Source: Nitrospinaceae bacterium
Lineage (GTDB): Bacteria; Nitrospinota; Nitrospinia; Nitrospinales; Nitrospinaceae
Length of the DNA stretch: 64,000 nt
Direction: 5' to 3'
Assembly (NCBI GenBank): GCA_965223665.1
Contig: OZ245011.1
Coordinates: 2,624,001-2,688,000 of the forward strand
Part shown: positions 59,722-64,000 of the stretch, piece by piece
Layout: each line of letters begins with the position of its first letter
How positions within the stretch are numbered: position 1 is the stretch's first letter
Notes under the pieces: generated by a model
Told to the model about the DNA's origin: nothing
Seen by the model: the letters and a program-made list of their open reading frames with translations, nothing else
Database searches by the model: none
Translations under genes and position numbers: made by a program

Positions 59722-60378
59722 ATGAGTACTTTTTGTCTTAAAGTGTGGGGCGATTACGCGTGCTTCACCCGCCCTGAAATGAAAGTAGAGCGAGTCTCTT
59801 ATGATGTAATGACACCCTCGGCAGCAAGAGGAATACTGGAAGCCATACTTTGGAAACCGGCCATTCACTGGGTGGTCACCCGAATTGATGTCCTCAAGCC
59901 CATCCAGTGGTTTTCCATCAGGCGAAATGAGGTGGCTTCTGTCATCAGCAAAAGAAACGTTTCACAGGCAATGAAATCCGGCAAAAAAGATTTAGCGATT
60001 TATGTAGATGAAGATCGCCAACAAAGGGCCAGCACACTTCTGCGTGATGTTGCCTATTTGATTCACGCTCGATTTGACCTGATAAACCCAGGCCCAGAAG
60101 ATACGGAAGGAAAATTCTTGGGCATGTTTGAGCGCCGCGCATCCAAAGGGCAAAGTTTTCACCGGCCCTACCTGGGAACTCGTGAATTTGCCGCCCAGTT
60201 TGAATTGATTCCCAAAGACAACCCCTTGCCAAAACCCATCGACAAAACGGAAGAACTGGGTTGGGTGCTTTACGATTTGGATTATGAAGATCATTACCGG
60301 CCTCGATTCTTTAAAGCCCGGTTGGAACAGGGAAGAATGACAATCCCTGCCTGGAACAGTGAGGAGGTGCGCGGATGA
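59722..60378 (+). CDS. cas5: Type I-C Cas5 (Cas5d)
   Basis: ACFTRPEMKVERVSYDVMTPSAARGILEAILWKP, RRNEV, PYLGTREF. Confidence 0.96.
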   Translation: MSTFCLKVWGDYACFTRPEMKVERVSYDVMTPSAARGILEAILWKPAIHWVVTRIDVLKPIQWFSIRRNEVASVISKRNVSQAMKSGKKDLAIYVDEDRQQRASTLLRDVAYLIHARFDLINPGPEDTEGKFLGMFERRASKGQSFHRPYLGTREFAAQFELIPKDNPLPKPIDKTEELGWVLYDLDYEDHYRPRFFKARLEQGRMTIPAWNSEEVRG

Positions 60379-62122
60379 TTTTACAAGCTTTGAACGAATA
60401 CTATGAAAGAAAATCAAAGCTGCAAGATTCCGGCTTGCCTCCTCTCGGTTTCGAATGGAAAGAACTTCCCTTTCTTATCGTAATTGGTGAAAAGGGACAA
60501 TTTATAGATATTGAAGACACTCGAGAAAAAGAAGAAAAGAAAAACAAGACTAAATCTTTTTTAGTACCACAGAGTGTTAAAAAATCAGTCAATATAGCAG
60601 CAAATTATTTTTGGGGAGCGATTGGTTACGCTTTGGGCAAAGACAATAAAAGCAAACCAAAGCGTTTGCTTGAGATGCACCAAGCTTTTTTGGATCTCAT
60701 ACAGTCCAGTTTTCCAAATCCTCAGGAAGAGAAAGGAGTGAATGCGCTTTGGTTATTTCTGAATTCATCCAATAAAACAGAAACCTTTAAACATCCCTTA
60801 TGGAAGGAAATGCTTGAGATCAGCCCCTTCATTTCTTTTCGCCTCCAATCAGAGAATTTGTTGATTTGCCAGAGAGAAAAAGTTCGCGAAGCTTGGCAGA
60901 ATAAGAACCAAGCAGAACTTGCAAAAAAACAACTTTGTCTCGTAACAGGAAATTACGGTGAAATCGAACGCATTCATCCCTCCATAAAAGGTGTAAGAGG
61001 CGCCCAGTCTTCAGGCGCAGACATTGTTTCTTATAACAAACCTGCCTTTACTTCATTTAACAAAGAGCAAGGAGACAATGCCCCTATTAGCCAATTAGCT
61101 GCTTTTTGCTACACCACTTCTTTGAATTATCTTTTAAGAAAAAATTCTCCACAAAAATTGCCAAATTGGAGATGCGACTACTGTTTTTTTGGGCGGATAA
61201 AGAACATCGAACAGAAACTCTATTAAGTGAATTGTTTGAGGAGTCACCTGATGATCCCGACCGAAATGCTCGAGCAGTCGAAAGTCTTTATAGTTCTCCA
61301 CATACTGGTGCACTACCCCTTGAAGAAGATAATACCAAATTTTATGTTCTCGGTTTATCGCCCAATGCCGCACGTCTCTCAGTTCGTTTCTGGCACGTCA
61401 CCACTGTTGCTGACTTGGCCAAAAACATCAAACAACATTTCGAGGATATTTCCATTATTCACTCTCCACAGGAAAAAAAAGTTCTTTCTTTATTCCGGCT
61501 TTTAGTGAATACGGCCGCATTAGGTAAATCCGAAAACATCATTCCCAACCTTTCAGGTGAAACCATGCGCAGTATATTGCAAGGTACCCCTTACCCAAGA
61601 ACTCTACTGCAACAGGGTATTAATAAGATGTCGTGCCGAGCAATCTTCCAGCGAGAAAAATGTAAATTATCCTCGAGCGGCTTTAATCAAGGGCTGCTTA
61701 AACCGAATCATTAGAAATTTTTCAACCGCAAGAAAAGGAGATCACCGTGTCATTGGATACCAGCAATCACAACACAGGTTATTTGTTGGGCCGCTTATTC
61801 GCTGCTCTGGAAAAAATCCAGGAAGAAACCCATCCTGGAATCAACGCCACCATTCGAGATCGATACTATGGTGCAGCCTCTGTAAGACCAAGTATGGTTT
61901 TTTCTTCTCTCTTAAAACTTAAAAATCATCATGTCTCCAAATTGGAACACCAAGGACGTAAAGTGTTTTTTGAAAAGCTTTGTGGGGAAATTATTGATGG
62001 AATTAAAAATAATTTTCCATCCGTTCTCAATTTTGGAAGATCAAGGCCGTTTTGCCATTGGCTATTACCACCAACGTCAAGAATTTTTCAAAAAACACGA
62101 AACAGAAGAAAAAGGAGAATAA
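60375..62122 (+). pseudogene. cas8c: Type I-C Cas8c (Csd1), split by ~5 frameshifts
   Basis: [66 protein letters not shown] spread over several frames. Confidence 0.9.
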
Positions 62123-62124
62123 TT

Positions 62125-62986
62125 ATGAGCATCGAAAATCGATATGACTTTGTTTTGTTATTTGATATCAAAGATGGCAACCCCAATGGCGACCCTGATG
62201 CTGGAAATCTGCCGCGCCTGGACCCGGAAACAGGCCACGGCCTTGTGACTGATGTCTGCCTCAAAAGGAAAGTGAGAAACTATGTCCAAATGCTTAAAGA
62301 ACAGCAAACTGGTTTTAATATATTTATAAAAGAAAAAGCTGTTTTGAACCAATTAATTGATAGTGCTCACGAACAACCAGAAGTTAAGATAAAAGAAAAA
62401 GGAGATAAAACCGAGGCGGCTCGTAAGTATATGTGTGAACAATTCTATGACGTTCGGACTTTTGGAGCCGTAATGTCCACCGAAAAAATGCTGGTCAAGT
62501 TCGCGGGCCGATCCAGCTTTGCTTCGGCAGAAGTTTAAACCCAATTTTTCCCTATGGAACACTCCATCACCCGCATGGCAGTAGCGACTGAAAAAGAAGC
62601 AGAAAAGCAACAGGGTGATAACCGCACCATGGGAAGAAAGAATACTATCCCTTATGGACCTGTATCGAACCCATGGGTTCGTATCCGTTCCATTTGCCAC
62701 CCAAACCGGCTTTTCCGAAGATGATCTTTCCTTATTTTTTGAAGCTTTAAAAAACATGTTTGATCATGATCGGTCTGCTTCCAGAGGAGAAATGGCAAGC
62801 CGACGACTTATCATATTCAAACATAACGACAAATATGGCAATGCACACGCTCATGAATTGTTTGACCGGGTTCAGGTTGAGCTAAAAGATAAATCCAAAC
62901 CTCCACGCAATTTTGATGATTATGAAGTAACACTCGATGAATCCAATCTTAATGGAGTTTCGATTGATAAAGAAAGAAGCTTTTAA
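62125..62986 (+). pseudogene. cas7: Type I-C Cas7 (Csd2), split by ~3 frameshifts
   Basis: [44 protein letters not shown], then (frame-shifted) [30 protein letters not shown]. Confidence 0.9.
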
Positions 62987-63709
62987 TGGAAAATTCCTCA
63001 ACATCTTTATTTTCCGAAGAAGAGTTACTGCCCATTTCGGCGTTGCAGCATTTGGTGTTTTGCGAGCGCCAGTGGGCGCTCATCCACTTGGAACAGTATT
63101 GGCAGGAGAATCCATTAACTCTGGAAGGCCAGTTCCTGCATCAAAAAACCGATGAAAACCAAACTGAAGTCAAAGGTCCCCTGCGCATTGCGCGGGGGCT
63201 GCGGCTTCGTTCTCTGAAGCTCGGGTTGATTGGCCGTGCCGATGTCGTCGAATTTCATCGCGTTCCATCAGTCGAATAAAAAATTAATGTCCTCAGCCAG
63301 CCTTTCCCTCAAAGGAGCCGCCGGTCTCTGGCAGCCTGTTCCTGTAGAATACAAACGCGGTCGCCCCAAGTTTTTAAATTGCGACAAAGTCCAACTCTGT
63401 GCTCAGGGAATGTGTTTGGAAGAAATGCTGCACGTTTCTATCCCGAAAGGATTTATTTATTACGGTAAAACCCGTAAACGGCTAGAAGTTCCGTTCGACT
63501 CCTCGTTAAGGGAAGAAACCGGAACACTTGCAAAACGCTTGCACGAATACACGCAAAAACAATTCATGCCCAAAGCTCAATATGAAAAAAAATGTGAGAG
63601 TTGCTCCTTACTTGACCACTGCATGCCCAAACAATTAGATCATAAAGGAGAATCCCAAAAATATCTGCAACGGCAAATTCATTCCCTTCAGGAAGACTCA
63701 GGAGAATAA
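62986..63709 (+). pseudogene. cas4: Cas4, one frameshift near 63266
   Basis: ISALQHLVFCERQWAL, ADVVEF, then PVEYKRG, QLCAQ..CLEEM, KKCESCSLLDHC. Confidence 0.9.
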
Positions 63710-63713
63710 CTCA

Positions 63714-64000
63714 ATGAAAAAATTATTGAACACACTTTATATAACGCAGTCGGAAACCTATCTTTCTAAAGAAGGCACAACAATACGAATTGAAAAAAAC
63801 GCCGATCCTCCATTAAAAATTCCCATCCACAATCTGCAAAGCATCATCTGCTTTGGGTCCGCAACGCTTTCGTCTCCATTGCTGGCTTTATGCAGCGAAC
63901 ACAACGTCAGCGTCGCTTTTTACACCGAATGGGGAAAGTTTCAAGCTAGAGTTCATGGTCCCGTTTCCGGGAATGTTTTGTTGCGCCGCGAGCAATACCG
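63714..64000 (+). CDS. cas1: Type I-C Cas1, 5' part (runs off the window)
   Basis: Manual translation MKKLLNTLYITQ..YLSKEG..IPIHNLQSIICFG..GKFQARVHGPVSGNVLLRREQY. Confidence 0.93.
   Translation, partial: MKKLLNTLYITQSETYLSKEGTTIRIEKNADPPLKIPIHNLQSIICFGSATLSSPLLALCSEHNVSVAFYTEWGKFQARVHGPVSGNVLLRREQY

Noticed and set aside
61747-62538. Natural Cas8c/Cas11-Cas7 fusion suggested by the ORF track
   Set aside because: The fusion arises from the frameshift near 62033; the repaired cas8c stops at 62122 and cas7 has its own RBS and ATG at 62125.

Overview
Low-GC bacterial chromosome segment; the gene style suggests Nitrospinota, which is an inference. Positions 1-36.4 kb are mostly backbone: trmL end, a cytochrome c plus putative cupredoxin pair, signalling genes, a radical SAM/methyltransferase/GT2 cluster, hflX, uvrD/pcrA, htrA, hemE-hemH, queG, an HDAC-family gene, clpC, waaF-murA-prmC-prfA-rpmE-rho, and transporters. 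From about 36.9 kb the window is accessory. It holds an orphan wzt with a PhyH dioxygenase, then two diverged ~95-bp att-like copies carrying paired TGCCCC arm-type repeats (39946-40040 and 50882-50978). Between them lies an integrase-less cargo block: a 1631-aa secreted protein with ~6.6 identical 309-bp repeats, a His-motif/DUF6745-like gene pair, a SorC-like regulator, CBS and PRTase genes, and a TGA-interrupted dodecin. Right of the second copy is a P4/PICI-like satellite core (AlpA, primase, DUF3987, candidate iteron ori, an uncharacterised two-gene module). It abuts directly, with no integrase in between, a type I-C cas operon (cas3-cas5-cas8c-cas7-cas4-cas1) that runs off the window. 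cas8c, cas7 and cas4 contain about 9 homopolymer frameshifts. No CRISPR array, rRNA or intact tRNA was seen.
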